Notes under the pieces: generated by a model
What the model was told of the DNA's origin: nothing
The model's database searches: none
Seen by the model: the letters and a program-made list of their open reading frames with translations, nothing else
From: a virus
Length of the DNA stretch: 64,000 nucleotides
IMG/VR virus record: IMGVR_UViG_3300025889_017816
Location: 55,475 to 119,474 of that record
Direction: 5' to 3' (one strand)
Position numbers and translations under genes: made by a program
Shown here: positions 29,502-41,021 of the stretch, piece by piece
How positions within the stretch are numbered: the stretch's first letter is position 1
Layout of the letters: the number at the start of each line of letters is the position of its first letter

Positions 29502-30727
29502 CTTGTATTGCCATATTGGATAACGATAGATTCAGAAATATCTTCTGTTTTTAAATATCTCCAAATATCTATAATAATACTTCCTGGAAGTATATTACAA
29601 TAAAAATGTTGTTTATCACTACCAATTAAATGGCTATGACTATAGGTTGTTGGAGCATGATGAGCAAGAAGAATAACACCATGAGCTTCATTTATCACAT
29701 CATTAGTAAGAGGGTCAATATATATTACCTCATGTCCTTGCTGTTCCACATAATGACCAATTAATAAACTGTAACTGCCTTCTGTGTATGCAACACCTGG
29801 CTTATATGCCTTACCATGAATATAAATTTTCATATTATTTTTATTGGCTAGGTCAACCATCTTTTCTGCCACACGTTTGGCTTGTAGTTCTCTACTATCC
29901 ATGATGGCGCCAAATAAATCATAACCTAAATTTAATTTTTGTGATAACCAACGTAAAGCAATGTTATCACGAGGATGGCAAGCACCTGCATCTCCCATAC
30001 CCGCTTTCATATAGGCCGGCCCCATGATCCGTCGGTCGCTTTCTGCCAAAGCTTTTGTCACCACATCCACATTGATGTTTCCAGATGCTTCTGCTACATC
30101 CTGTATCATGTTGACTAATCCAATTTTAGCAGAGATGAAAGTATTATAAAAAATCTTGATGCATTCTGCTTCATCCCAAGTACCTATGACATATCTTGGG
30201 TCATTTTGCATAATAGTTTTATAAAAATTTGTTAAAATTTTTGCATCACCTGTAGTGGTTCCATCTTCAGTTCCTATAATAACCATTTCAGGATTAATCA
30301 TGTCCCAGTTTACAGATCCCATTGCAATTAGATATGGGTTGTAAATGAATCTATAATTAGATGTGTGTTTGATAAATTCTCTGCGAGTGGTTCCTGGAAG
30401 AACAGTACTAATAAGAACTATTAGTTGATCTTTAGTGCAATGATTATTCAATTCCTTTAATATATCAATAACTATTGAATAATCAAAATCTTTCGGCTCT
30501 AAATGTGCTGTCGGTATTTCACCACCATAAGAAGAATCATGAGGTGTTGGGACAGCAATAAAAATTAATTCTCTGTTTTGTACCGCTTCTTTTATAGAAG
30601 ACAAAACAGAGAATTCTGCTATACCATGATCTTCAATATCATATCCTACTACATCATAGCCAGCATTTTTCATTTCGTTTGCACACGGTGCTCCTAATTT
30701 ACCGCAACCAATCATTGCAACCTTCAT
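29498..30727 (-). CDS. UDP-glucose/GDP-mannose dehydrogenase family protein
   Basis: GCGKLG Rossmann motif, IAVPTP, STVLPGTT, YNP, K..YN, GAC.PRD. Confidence 0.9.
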   Translation of the reverse strand: MKVAMIGCGKLGAPCANEMKNAGYDVVGYDIEDHGIAEFSVLSSIKEAVQNRELIFIAVPTPHDSSYGGEIPTAHLEPKDFDYSIVIDILKELNNHCTKDQLIVLISTVLPGTTRREFIKHTSNYRFIYNPYLIAMGSVNWDMINPEMVIIGTEDGTTTGDAKILTNFYKTIMQNDPRYVIGTWDEAECIKIFYNTFISAKIGLVNMIQDVAEASGNINVDVVTKALAESDRRIMGPAYMKAGMGDAGACHPRDNIALRWLSQKLNLGYDLFGAIMDSRELQAKRVAEKMVDLANKNNMKIYIHGKAYKPGVAYTEGSYSLLIGHYVEQQGHEVIYIDPLTNDVINEAHGVILLAHHAPTTYSHSHLIGSDKQHFYCNILPGSIIIDIWRYLKTEDISESIVIQYGNTR

Positions 30728-30739
30728 TGATTTAATCTC

Positions 30740-32791
30740 CTAGAAAATGCAATCATCGAAATTGTAATTTTTGTATCTAGCCAAACAACCTAATTGGTCA
30801 ATAAATGGATTTGTAAGAAATAAAGACGAAGCTAAATGTATTTCCTTAGGTAACTCCATATCCTTAGATAATTCCAAACACCTATTATAATTATAATTTA
30901 TTTTTTCTTCCAAAGATTTATACACATCATTTAAATTAGTCAAATTAGAAATTTTAATCATTTCTTGAGCAAACATTTCAGTTTTTATATTTAGATCTTC
31001 AATATTATCAAAACTATAATCTATAATTTCATCATACAGTTCAAAACCAAGCTCTCTCAAATATTGGTTTATGCCGACATAACCAAGAACTGCGAAAGGT
31101 TTTTTAAAAATTAAAGGCTTTATTGTTTTTTCTGTTATGAATATAACATTGCTCGTGCTTTCCGTAACAAAATCAAAAAATACATCATTATATTCTTTTG
31201 GTATTACATAGGATCCCCTATGGGAAGCCATATTATCTAAATCAATAATTGTTTTTTTGTCAAAATATTCAAAATCAAATTGCATATTTTTTACAAAACC
31301 ATTTATATCTGCCCAACTAACAACTCCTTTGTCAAAAAGATTATATTTAGCAATTTTATCAATTAAAAAACATCTATGAATATGTGGGTTATTATTTAAA
31401 CATATAAAAGGTATGGATATATGTTTGTTTTCTATAGGTGGCAAAGTTTTTAAAATAGGAGTTGAATATCTAAAATAAAATTTCGGCCAATATTCTACAT
31501 TTACATTATTGATATTTAAATCTTCTATATAATTTTTTATTAGTCCTGACTCTTTACATCCTAAAACAAAGGTTACTTTTATATCATACTGGTTGACTAT
31601 ATTTACAAAATCCTTAGTTGCCCATGGCTGCCATTCAATTTCTCCCAAAATAATAATTCTTTTGGGTTTTTTATTTTTTATTTCTTCAACTATTTCCTCA
31701 TAATTTATTTCCGCATAATGAAAATATAATTTTTCTGGTCTATAAGTTTTTTGGAAATAAAATTTTTCTTCGTTATCCTCAAAATTATTGAAAATGCCCG
31801 CTAAACCTTCATCTCCGGGTAGAGGAAATTCTTTGTGAGGAAAAGTTTTAAAATACTCTTTTATGTGACTAGGTACTGATTTAGATGATCTTGCAAAATT
31901 TTTTGCTAAATTATAATTAAATTCTATTTTTTCTTTTATTTTTTCATATAGCCCTTCTAAATCTTCGGAAAAAATTATAGCATGAACATTTTTTAAATAC
32001 AACTCTATTCTTTTTTCTATATCTTCTTCATCATCAAAAGAATAATCAAATATTTCATCATATAGTAGAAATCCTAATTCTTGTAGTTTTTTATGTATAT
32101 TTACAGCTCCTAAAATTAAAAAAGGTCGTTTACATAAAAGAGGAGTTGCAGTTTTTTCTGAAATAATTGGAACTATTTCATCAGTCTCAGCTACCAAATG
32201 CAAAAATCCTTGGAAAAACTTTTCATTAAATGAATAGCTTGTTCTATTTTGCAAATATTCATCATCAATATGCAATTTACCACCGTTATAATATTTCCAC
32301 TTGTATACTTTACTGTAGTTATTTTCATCATGAAAAGTAACCAAACCTTTATCTAAAAAACTTTCCTTTTGTAATTCATCTAATAACATACATCTATGTT
32401 TTTTTCCTCTACCTATAAAACATAAAAATGGGTGGGTAAATTTTATATTTGTATGTGATGAGTTTTCATAAAAAATATTTCTTACTGCTTTCATTTGCAT
32501 ATCAGTTTTTACAAAATAAAAAGTTGGCCATATCTGACATTTAAACAAATCCTCCCTAACACCTAATTCAATTATTCGGTTTTCTAACCATTTTTGATCT
32601 AGTGTGCAGGTACTCACAATTATTTCAATATTATTTTTATTAATATATTCAACCTCTTTTTTGCCGATTATTATATCATACTCATCAAAGTGTAAAAAAT
32701 ATATTTTTTGTGAATTAGATTCCAATATATATTGTTCTATTATTGTTGAATCTGGTTGGTAAGCATAAACAGCTATAGTTTTGTTATCCAT
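30740..32791 (-). CDS. Protein with two tandem GT10-like ('TEK') domains
   Basis: Two copies of HRC.L.D...(S/T)EKT..PL...RPF/KPF..LG...LGF.LYDEI.DYSFD. Confidence 0.55.
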   Translation of the reverse strand: MDNKTIAVYAYQPDSTIIEQYILESNSQKIYFLHFDEYDIIIGKKEVEYINKNNIEIIVSTCTLDQKWLENRIIELGVREDLFKCQIWPTFYFVKTDMQMKAVRNIFYENSSHTNIKFTHPFLCFIGRGKKHRCMLLDELQKESFLDKGLVTFHDENNYSKVYKWKYYNGGKLHIDDEYLQNRTSYSFNEKFFQGFLHLVAETDEIVPIISEKTATPLLCKRPFLILGAVNIHKKLQELGFLLYDEIFDYSFDDEEDIEKRIELYLKNVHAIIFSEDLEGLYEKIKEKIEFNYNLAKNFARSSKSVPSHIKEYFKTFPHKEFPLPGDEGLAGIFNNFEDNEEKFYFQKTYRPEKLYFHYAEINYEEIVEEIKNKKPKRIIILGEIEWQPWATKDFVNIVNQYDIKVTFVLGCKESGLIKNYIEDLNINNVNVEYWPKFYFRYSTPILKTLPPIENKHISIPFICLNNNPHIHRCFLIDKIAKYNLFDKGVVSWADINGFVKNMQFDFEYFDKKTIIDLDNMASHRGSYVIPKEYNDVFFDFVTESTSNVIFITEKTIKPLIFKKPFAVLGYVGINQYLRELGFELYDEIIDYSFDNIEDLNIKTEMFAQEMIKISNLTNLNDVYKSLEEKINYNYNRCLELSKDMELPKEIHLASSLFLTNPFIDQLGCLARYKNYNFDDCIF

Positions 32792-34692
32792 GATTTTCCA
32801 AAATTTCTTCTTCTGTAAAAAAATATTTGCTCACAAAATCTATCTAAAGACACGGTTTTATCTTCAGGAAAATCAAATTCATAGGTAGTTGGAACATCTA
32901 ATTCTGATATATCTTGCATATATCCTAAGAAATCATAATTAAAAGTTTTTGTTAAAGGATAATTAGTAATTTTTTTATGATCAATTATATAATATTTTTG
33001 AAATTCTAATAATTCATCAAGCAAATTATCATCCAATGAATATTTTGATTTAACAAAGTTTTTTATTATATCAAAGAAATGTTCATACTTATCTTCAAAA
33101 TGCATTTTAATAATTGTGCTATGGATTAAATTCCAACCATGTATTTCAACTTTTGAAATTGGTTCATGAGCTATTTCTCCGTTGACTGTCCAAATATTGT
33201 AATGATGTCGAACAGAATTCATTTCTTTTTTCAACCAATCATCCTGATGAATATATTCAAAAAGGTTTTCATAAAATTCTGAATAATCTACATTTTTTGC
33301 TTTATATAGATATCTACTAATAAAACTTGTTAAGCCATTGATATGAAAGGTATTTAAAAACCAAGAAAAAACTTGAGCATCTAACATTTTTTCCCTAGGC
33401 ATATCCTTTGTTGCTGTAACAACTTCAATAGATTCTCTTACTTCTCTCTCATTATATGTGCCAACAATATAGTCATAAACCTCAGCACTTTCAATATTGT
33501 GTTCTGCTCGTTGTGTTAAATTCATTTCAGCATTTTCTAATAACTGTGCTTGGTAAACAGTAATACCTGTGTGATTATTTGCTCTAAAAAGTTTATAAAA
33601 ATTCTCTTTCCATGATTCTAGAGTTTCTTCTGGCAACCCAAGGATTAATTCTGTATACAAAGGCACTCCTTCTTTTTCACACATTTCAAAAACTTCTTCA
33701 ATTTTATTCATGCCAAGGTTTTTTCTTCTTACTGCTGAAAGAACATCTTCATGAAGACTTTGAACACTCAAATTTAAACCAATTTTTGCGCCGCCACCGT
33801 CAATAAGTTTTTTTGCAATTTGAATAACGGATTTTTTTTGATTTTTAGCCCATGCCAATGTGTAACTTCTTGGATTATTATAGGTTTGTTGAACTTCTAT
33901 AAGTTTATCAGCAATTCTTGCATCTCTTTCTTCAAAGATACCGAAATTTGCATCAGTAAAACTAACGAAATCAAAACCATGTTGGCCGGTCCATTCTAAT
34001 TCATCATAAACTCTTTGTTCATCAAAAAGTTTTACTTTTGCATAAGTTAAACTACCCCAGTCGCAAAATGTACATTGATATGGACACCCACGATTAGTTT
34101 CTATAGTCATGTTCCATCTAACATCATCATTTTGCGCAATTAAATCATCAAATAATCCAGACAAATATGGGCTAGGTATAGTATCTAGTTCGCTAATTCT
34201 ATCAGCGATTCCTGTGGTTATTGCCTTACCATTTTCGTTTATTACAAGGCCTCTTATTTTATAAAAATCTTCAGGGGAAGATGCTTCAAGAACCTTTTTA
34301 AATGTTATCTCACCTTCTCTGATAACAGCTAAATCTATAAAGGAAAATCTTTCAAAAATATCTTTTTTTTCAATTGGTGGTTCAGGACCACCAAATATTA
34401 TTAACATATTTGGGTTAACTTTTTTTAATTCTTTGGCTAATTTGTAGTTATAATTTCTATTCCAAATATAAGTACTGAAACCAACTATATCATGATTTTT
34501 TAATCTCTCCACTACCTCATCAATTTCCTCTCTTCTCCAAATAAATTCACCTAATTCATATTTTTCACGGATATTATCAAATTGATTAACATATGACCAA
34601 ATAATACCTGCACTATATGGTAGGTAATAAGCATTGAACTCTTTAGGTCCTTGGTTGAAATTTGGATTCACAAAACTTATAATTTTTTTCAT
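32773..34692 (-). CDS. B12-binding-domain radical SAM enzyme
   Basis: GFSTYIWN, GGPE, GE.TF, SPYLSG, ETNRGCPYQCTFCDWG, DANFG. Confidence 0.9.
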   Translation of the reverse strand: MKKIISFVNPNFNQGPKEFNAYYLPYSAGIIWSYVNQFDNIREKYELGEFIWRREEIDEVVERLKNHDIVGFSTYIWNRNYNYKLAKELKKVNPNMLIIFGGPEPPIEKKDIFERFSFIDLAVIREGEITFKKVLEASSPEDFYKIRGLVINENGKAITTGIADRISELDTIPSPYLSGLFDDLIAQNDDVRWNMTIETNRGCPYQCTFCDWGSLTYAKVKLFDEQRVYDELEWTGQHGFDFVSFTDANFGIFEERDARIADKLIEVQQTYNNPRSYTLAWAKNQKKSVIQIAKKLIDGGGAKIGLNLSVQSLHEDVLSAVRRKNLGMNKIEEVFEMCEKEGVPLYTELILGLPEETLESWKENFYKLFRANNHTGITVYQAQLLENAEMNLTQRAEHNIESAEVYDYIVGTYNEREVRESIEVVTATKDMPREKMLDAQVFSWFLNTFHINGLTSFISRYLYKAKNVDYSEFYENLFEYIHQDDWLKKEMNSVRHHYNIWTVNGEIAHEPISKVEIHGWNLIHSTIIKMHFEDKYEHFFDIIKNFVKSKYSLDDNLLDELLEFQKYYIIDHKKITNYPLTKTFNYDFLGYMQDISELDVPTTYEFDFPEDKTVSLDRFCEQIFFYRRRNFGKSWITKL

Positions 34693-34695
34693 ATT

Positions 34696-35793
34696 TTAAT
34701 CCTCAATAAATTTATAAAAAGCTTCTTTCCTTTTTTCATCCACACTATCAATCATATTTTTCATATTTAAATAATTTTTATGTGCTCGTTCTGAAAAATT
34801 ATTTATTAATACAGAATAATCTTCAACATTTTTATCTAAAAGGTAATTATATACTCTTTCAATTTCATTCCCAATCAATTTTATTCTTACATAAGGATCA
34901 TGCTCTTTATCATAAGAATGATCAATAAAATCATCAAAAATATCAAACCCCAAACTTCTAAGATATTCAGCATATCCTTCGGGTGCTACAAAAATAGGAA
35001 CTTGGTGACAAAAAAATGCCTTGCTGGTTTTTTCTGTGAAGAAATGTCTATTCCAAGATTCACATATAGGTAAAAGTGTACCTTCAGGAGAAATTACAGG
35101 TGAATAATCATACCCAGATTCCATTACCACATTTATTAGAGCAGACACCCAAATCGAAAGATGTTTATGTGAATCATCATAATGTTCTAGGATATTTATT
35201 TTCCCAAAAGGAGTTAATGGGAATATTTTTCTCACATCTTCAGGTAATAAAGAAAGGTAATTTTCTAACATTCCTTCTTGTTCTAATGCTGCACCGCAGG
35301 TTATTATTGTTTTATCAGATAAATGCAGGTTCCTTTTAATTAATTCATAAGTCATCAAAACCCTAAAAGGTCTAGCAATTCTTGCTAATGAGATCAAGAT
35401 TTTATCTTTTTTAACTACTGTTTCAGGATAAAAACCGGAAGTGCCAACAACACCAACATTTACCATAGAAAGATGATGCCATTTTCTAGATAAGGGATTA
35501 ATAAGAGCTCCACAATCTACAAATAACATATCTTTTTCTTCTATACCTAAATTTTGTAATATTCTAGATATTTCAAACCAATATGAAGAAAAAAATGCTT
35601 CAGTACAAATATGAATAATAATTTTATCCATATCTTTAATAGTTTCTTTGTTTTCTTCAATTAATTTTAATACCCGGTCATATGCACTACCTTCTTGAAT
35701 TATAAAAATTTTTTTATTTATATCTGAAATTGGATATTCCCAATCCCTGCTGAAAAAACCAATAGAAACGTCACAATGATGATTATGTATCAT
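34696..35793 (-). CDS. GT10-like ('TEK' motif) putative glycosyltransferase
   Basis: INVVMES...FFTEKTSKAF, LRSLGFDIFDDFIDHSYD. Confidence 0.5.
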   Translation of the reverse strand: MIHNHHCDVSIGFFSRDWEYPISDINKKIFIIQEGSAYDRVLKLIEENKETIKDMDKIIIHICTEAFFSSYWFEISRILQNLGIEEKDMLFVDCGALINPLSRKWHHLSMVNVGVVGTSGFYPETVVKKDKILISLARIARPFRVLMTYELIKRNLHLSDKTIITCGAALEQEGMLENYLSLLPEDVRKIFPLTPFGKINILEHYDDSHKHLSIWVSALINVVMESGYDYSPVISPEGTLLPICESWNRHFFTEKTSKAFFCHQVPIFVAPEGYAEYLRSLGFDIFDDFIDHSYDKEHDPYVRIKLIGNEIERVYNYLLDKNVEDYSVLINNFSERAHKNYLNMKNMIDSVDEKRKEAFYKFIED

Positions 35794-36592
35794 AATTATT
35801 ATTTTTTATAAAAGTATACAGGCAATTTGCAATAACTTTATAACCTTCTATGGTAGGATGAATACAATTTGCCAAATAGGTTAATGGCCATGGTAATTCT
35901 GTATAAGTACCAAAATGTTCATCATGGTTACAAAAACCATCTAAATCAGATAAAAGATTTATAAAATTTTTATATTGGTCATGTTTATGGTAGTAATTAT
36001 CCCATTTAATTAAATTTGTGTATTTTTCTCCAATGTGATTTTTCAAATATCCAGGCAAAAAATATGGATCATATGCATTTGCAAATATGAATTTGAAATT
36101 ATATCTTTCTGCAAAAGTTTGAGCTTCCAGTACCGCAGCTAAAAATTCCATACACATCATTGCAGGGCAAAAAATTTCGGTTCTATATGCATCCCACCAA
36201 GGCTTTGGTGGGTCGTGAGGTTGCGGCCAAGCCGTCCAAAACTTATAGTGTTGATCTGGGCGATCATTAAATGTGTCCCATCTCTCTAATCCTGGACACA
36301 TTAAAATAATTATTCCGCTATCATTTTCCCAATCCACCTCGTCGGTTAAATAAAGTTGTTTTACAGCGGCCGTGTTGCCTATCCCTCTAACTCCTAAATT
36401 CACAGGAGTGTAATCGGTTAGATGATCTCTACACAAAACATTAATCCAACTATTTTCGTGTTCATATCCTCTCAGATGTTCATCAGGAACCCCGCGCAAG
36501 TTTACACGACCATTGTATTGTTTCCATATTTCTTCCGGATATCCACCTTCACCTTGAGCCCAACTACATCCCAACCCAACTATTTTTTTCAT
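35783..36592 (-). CDS. SGNH/GDSL-like protein
   Basis: GLGCSWAQG, NLGVRGIGN, C-terminal CIHPTIEGYKVIA. Confidence 0.6.
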   Translation of the reverse strand: MKKIVGLGCSWAQGEGGYPEEIWKQYNGRVNLRGVPDEHLRGYEHENSWINVLCRDHLTDYTPVNLGVRGIGNTAAVKQLYLTDEVDWENDSGIIILMCPGLERWDTFNDRPDQHYKFWTAWPQPHDPPKPWWDAYRTEIFCPAMMCMEFLAAVLEAQTFAERYNFKFIFANAYDPYFLPGYLKNHIGEKYTNLIKWDNYYHKHDQYKNFINLLSDLDGFCNHDEHFGTYTELPWPLTYLANCIHPTIEGYKVIANCLYTFIKNNNYDT

Positions 36593-37902
36593 AGGAATTT
36601 ACTCCAAAATGTTTTACTTAAATTTTTATCACGATAAACTTCTACCAATCTCTGGTAGTTATAATCTACAATCTCTAAGGTTTCTTCAAAAAATTTTTTC
36701 TTTGTTTCTAAATCCCATAGATTTATTTCTTTACATATTTCACCTACTCTAATATATCGGTCATAATCATTTTGAATATCATCATAATCTTCAGGGAACC
36801 AATTTGAAAATGTTTTATAACCATGGTTTCTAAAATATCTCAAAACTCCTGGTGTGCTTAAAATCATAAAAGGTTTTTTATAATAAATTGGTTTATATGA
36901 TTTTTCTGAAATTTGTTGGACAGCTCCGTTACCTTGTGTTTCAGTAACCAAACAAACCAAAGATGCTTCATACCAGGAGCGCAATTTCCTCATTGTATCT
37001 TGTACCATATCACCATAACTAGTATCAATGTCTACACGCAATGGTAACCTATTTTGTATGTTATTTAAATCTTCTTCAGTAAGTCCTATTCTTTGAGCAA
37101 ATGTTCTATTAACCACATCCTTCCATACTTGTCCTGTACTATCCGGATGTTCTGCAGGCATACTAAAAAAACTATCTTTGAGTAAATCATTTTTGTAAAA
37201 ATACATAAGAAGATTAATTCTGTGTTCTCTGTATCTTCTATTCAAACAAATAAATGTGGTTTTTATATTTTTAAAATCTTTATTTCCAATATAGTTGGAT
37301 TGTGGCCCCTGAAAATTTCTAGAAAGATGCCATTCATTGCTGTCCCAAAAAGTTATATTCATTCTTTGATCTATTGGGATGTTTTCATTATTACACCATT
37401 CCGTATATAATTCATTCCCGTTTGGGGCGCCGGACTGATAAAAAACTTTTGGTAAAGGTATATGATGTTCAGAAAAATATTTGTGCATTGTTTTATACAA
37501 ATATGGATAAATTTCTGCCTCAACTGAATATTCTAACAACAAATAACCATTACCGGACCTTATTCCGTGTTTTATATGGCCAGGTGTATTACTAAGTTCA
37601 AACAACCCAGGAGAATGATCATAAATGAAATAACCTGGAAAAGGTTTTTCATGATGTAGTTCAAAGGGATAAACAAAAGTATCTTCCGGTTTAATTTCTG
37701 ATGATGGAATTAATTCAAAAACATCTTTCATAGTAGAAAAAAAATTTGAGTTTATTCCACTAGATCTCCATTTTTTTGATAATCTATTTGAGTGTTGTAC
37801 CTCTTCGAGAACCGAAGATAATTGGTATATGTTCGGTGTTTCTAGATTTGGTATTGGTCCGGTCGGACCAAACCAATCGTATACTATTTTAATTTTCTTC
37901 AT
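36589..37902 (-). CDS. GT10-like ('TEK' motif) putative glycosyltransferase
   Basis: FICLNRR.REHR, LVTET...ISEKSYKPI...KPFMIL, GYKTF....EDYD. Confidence 0.55.
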   Translation of the reverse strand: MKKIKIVYDWFGPTGPIPNLETPNIYQLSSVLEEVQHSNRLSKKWRSSGINSNFFSTMKDVFELIPSSEIKPEDTFVYPFELHHEKPFPGYFIYDHSPGLFELSNTPGHIKHGIRSGNGYLLLEYSVEAEIYPYLYKTMHKYFSEHHIPLPKVFYQSGAPNGNELYTEWCNNENIPIDQRMNITFWDSNEWHLSRNFQGPQSNYIGNKDFKNIKTTFICLNRRYREHRINLLMYFYKNDLLKDSFFSMPAEHPDSTGQVWKDVVNRTFAQRIGLTEEDLNNIQNRLPLRVDIDTSYGDMVQDTMRKLRSWYEASLVCLVTETQGNGAVQQISEKSYKPIYYKKPFMILSTPGVLRYFRNHGYKTFSNWFPEDYDDIQNDYDRYIRVGEICKEINLWDLETKKKFFEETLEIVDYNYQRLVEVYRDKNLSKTFWSKFL

Positions 37903-38788
37903 TAGTAATTACCGTTATAATCCTATTTGCTGCAGTTTGATGTCCTCTCCAACTTGGGTGTATTCCATCTACTCCTGCATGGATATGATACCAATCACAA
38001 TGACCTTGTTGAAAATTTAAAATAAAAGGCTCAACAATTAAATGTGTTCTAAAAATTTCAAAATCATATTTCGGCCACATATCATCTAAAATAAAATTAT
38101 AAACCTTAATATTAAGTGCTTGTAAAAATAAATTTACTTGATTGTAATATTGTACAAAGGAATTACTCCAAGTTTCTTGTACAACTGCACTTCTTAGAAA
38201 ATTTTCCTGATATACATTCACTGCTTCGTCCCAAAGGTTTGTGGGGGTATTTGTTGGTAATAAATGTAATGCAGTACCTTCGTTATTGATACAATCAATT
38301 ACCTTGGTTTGTCTTGACGGTTCTGGCCATACTATAAGGATTCTTTCTGGTTTTGGTCTATTTTGCATAAACCATCCGAAAATATTTAGACTTACATATT
38401 CTGGAGATCCACCACCTTTAGATATGTTCACAACATTTCTATTAAAATGTTCTTGATAATAATGATCCCAACGTTCCTTTAATCGCACACCAATGCCTTC
38501 TGGCACAGAACACCCTATTGCTAAATCATAAGGACCTTTATTGATAATATCAAATTCATGAGTTCTATAACCATAGCTATTGAAAAAATAGAAATCATCT
38601 TCCAGATTTCTATATGGCCATTCTTCCTCTGAAACATTTTTAGGTATAATAACACTATCTACAAAATTATAATATAGATTTTCGTCCCACGTTCCTAAAA
38701 ATTTTCTAGGTCCCAGGTGATTGTAACCTTCCACATATTTTAATATGTCTCTATATAAATGATTTGGTTTAAAAGTCAAATTACGCAT
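37889..38788 (-). CDS. SGNH-like protein
   Basis: FNSYGYR, AIGCS..EGIG, NISKGGGS, DGIHP...GH. Confidence 0.55.
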   Translation of the reverse strand: MRNLTFKPNHLYRDILKYVEGYNHLGPRKFLGTWDENLYYNFVDSVIIPKNVSEEEWPYRNLEDDFYFFNSYGYRTHEFDIINKGPYDLAIGCSVPEGIGVRLKERWDHYYQEHFNRNVVNISKGGGSPEYVSLNIFGWFMQNRPKPERILIVWPEPSRQTKVIDCINNEGTALHLLPTNTPTNLWDEAVNVYQENFLRSAVVQETWSNSFVQYYNQVNLFLQALNIKVYNFILDDMWPKYDFEIFRTHLIVEPFILNFQQGHCDWYHIHAGVDGIHPSWRGHQTAANRIITVITNEEN

Positions 38789-39753
38789 TATTTTCTCTTA
38801 GGTATAATGATATCAGTTCCACAAACGCAATGATATTTATCACAAATTATACTTTTTGGTTTTACCTGTTCAACATCAGTTAAAATGTGACCAACCACAC
38901 CAGAAACACCACAACTAGCCATGGTTATTAATCCTGCGGGGTTAATAAAAACTGAATCTCCGATATCACATTCCCAACCTGTAAAAAAATTCTGACGGGC
39001 AATGATAATTTCATTACTGTTTATAAATTTGTCTGTACCGTCTGACCATTTACCATAGGAAACAGCAACACTATCTTTAAATGGTTTGTTGGGGGCAAAC
39101 TTAACTTCCAGATCTTGGTGATTTTCTATCCATTCATTTTTAGCAGAATCTTTATATTCCCATGGCTTTGCAAAAGCAGACATTTCATCAAACAAAGGTG
39201 TCCATTCAATATAATAACCAGGCAATTCTCTCTTTAACATTTCACCATATTCTACAACTTCCCAAAATTTTTCATCATGTAATAAAAGTTTATTACAAAA
39301 GTAATTTATTTTATCGCATAAAAATAAACTATTTTTAAAATATCTTTCTTTGTTTACCCCTTCAATATGAAAACTAGCTACAATGTCATCAAAGAGCTGG
39401 TAATGAGATTTCCACCAAGATGTAGCTCTACTTAAATTAGTATTAATAGCTATTGTATTATTTGGTGTATTTTCTTTGAAAAACTCTACTACAGGAATTA
39501 AATTTTTCCAAATCGTTGGTTCTCCACCACTCAAATATAACTTGAAAGCGTTATAACCATTTTCCTTGTAGATGTTAATTATTTTTTCTAGTTGACGAAG
39601 ATATATATCCGTGTTATCATCATTTTTATGATTACCATTCCAATTACCTGGATTACAATAACTACAACTATAGTTACAATTATCGCTAACCTGCCAAGTA
39701 ATGGCTAGATATTTTTCTTTAGGGTATATTTCTTCTATTCTTGATTGGACCAT
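38788..39753 (-). CDS. Radical SAM enzyme with C-terminal Cys-rich (twitch-like) region
   Basis: CNYSCSYC, SGGEPT, SFH, GWEC..G, C-terminal CDKYHCVCGTD. Confidence 0.9.
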   Translation of the reverse strand: MVQSRIEEIYPKEKYLAITWQVSDNCNYSCSYCNPGNWNGNHKNDDNTDIYLRQLEKIINIYKENGYNAFKLYLSGGEPTIWKNLIPVVEFFKENTPNNTIAINTNLSRATSWWKSHYQLFDDIVASFHIEGVNKERYFKNSLFLCDKINYFCNKLLLHDEKFWEVVEYGEMLKRELPGYYIEWTPLFDEMSAFAKPWEYKDSAKNEWIENHQDLEVKFAPNKPFKDSVAVSYGKWSDGTDKFINSNEIIIARQNFFTGWECDIGDSVFINPAGLITMASCGVSGVVGHILTDVEQVKPKSIICDKYHCVCGTDIIIPKRK

Positions 39754-41021
39754 AAGTATAATTCTTTAAATTGAGGAATAGCTTCAAAAATATTTTCATT
39801 TCTTAATTCATCATAAGTTGCATTTAGTTTAAAAAATTCTTGGACTCCACCTTTATTGGATTTTACATGATCCAATGCTCCTATAATAGGTAATAATTTA
39901 TCTATATAAGGATGAGATTCAGGAAATTTAGTCCTCATATCATGATGGTGTTGTCTCCACATTTGCTGTACGTTCTTTGCTATATGTAGAGGTAAAATAT
40001 CTATAGATTGATACCAAGGATAAGTTAGAATATTCAATCTCATACTATTTTCTGAAAAATCTATTATTTCATTTTTAATTAACCATTCATGTAATTTTGG
40101 GAAATCAAAAATGTTGTATAAAGATATAGTAGGTGTTATACCAAATTTAACATGGGGGACTTCTTTTTTTAATTCGTTAATGTTTTTAACAATTTGCTCC
40201 CAATTTGCACCATGTCGAAGAAATTGTATGACATCTCCCATTGCATCTAAACTGGCCCATATTTGAACGTTTTTAAATTTTTTCCAATAATCTATAGCAT
40301 TTTTATCTTTATATCTTAAGGTCAAAAAATTTGTCGTATATGTTAATTCCACATCTGTGTGATGATTTTCCAACCAATAATCTAAAATATCATAATGCTC
40401 TTTGGTTATCAAAGATTCTCCGCCAGCAAAATATACCTCTTCCACATCAAGAAGATAAGGCTCCAATTTATTTAAAAGATTATTTTTTTCATTATTAGAA
40501 ACTACAATTTTTTTCATGTTAAAAAAAGTTTCTAAGTTTTCTTTTCCTTTATCTCCGTACATTTGGACATATTCTTCAGCCCAACGACTACTGCAGGCTG
40601 GACCACAAGTACGACATTTCATATTACAAAGATTACTAAACCTTATATCTAGGTATTTCATCTTAAAATCTGTAATTTCACCATCATCTTTTGTATTTTC
40701 TACCAAAGTTTTAGAGCTTTGTAATCTTCTTGTATTATTAGATTGTCTCAACGACCATAAACCATATCCTTCCAATTCATAACATCTTTTACATTCTTCT
40801 ACATACTCATCTTTTAACATACTAACACGTATTTCTTTATATCTTTCTGAATTCATCATATCCAGGACGGTTTTTTTATCCGTAGAAGAAACCGGTTTAT
40901 TTGAATCAGCCACACAACACGGCATTATTCTTTTGTCCGGCCAGGCATGAAAATGAATCCAAGGCAAAACACAAAAATGCTTAGTTTGTTCTGGGTTACT
41001 CAATATCGGCAAGGTTTTCAT
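39735..41021 (-). CDS. Twitch-domain radical SAM enzyme
   Basis: N-terminal FCVLPWIH...PCC...C.RCY; DIRFSNLCNMKCRTC; YFAGGE. Confidence 0.9.
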   Translation of the reverse strand: MKTLPILSNPEQTKHFCVLPWIHFHAWPDKRIMPCCVADSNKPVSSTDKKTVLDMMNSERYKEIRVSMLKDEYVEECKRCYELEGYGLWSLRQSNNTRRLQSSKTLVENTKDDGEITDFKMKYLDIRFSNLCNMKCRTCGPACSSRWAEEYVQMYGDKGKENLETFFNMKKIVVSNNEKNNLLNKLEPYLLDVEEVYFAGGESLITKEHYDILDYWLENHHTDVELTYTTNFLTLRYKDKNAIDYWKKFKNVQIWASLDAMGDVIQFLRHGANWEQIVKNINELKKEVPHVKFGITPTISLYNIFDFPKLHEWLIKNEIIDFSENSMRLNILTYPWYQSIDILPLHIAKNVQQMWRQHHHDMRTKFPESHPYIDKLLPIIGALDHVKSNKGGVQEFFKLNATYDELRNENIFEAIPQFKELYLWSNQE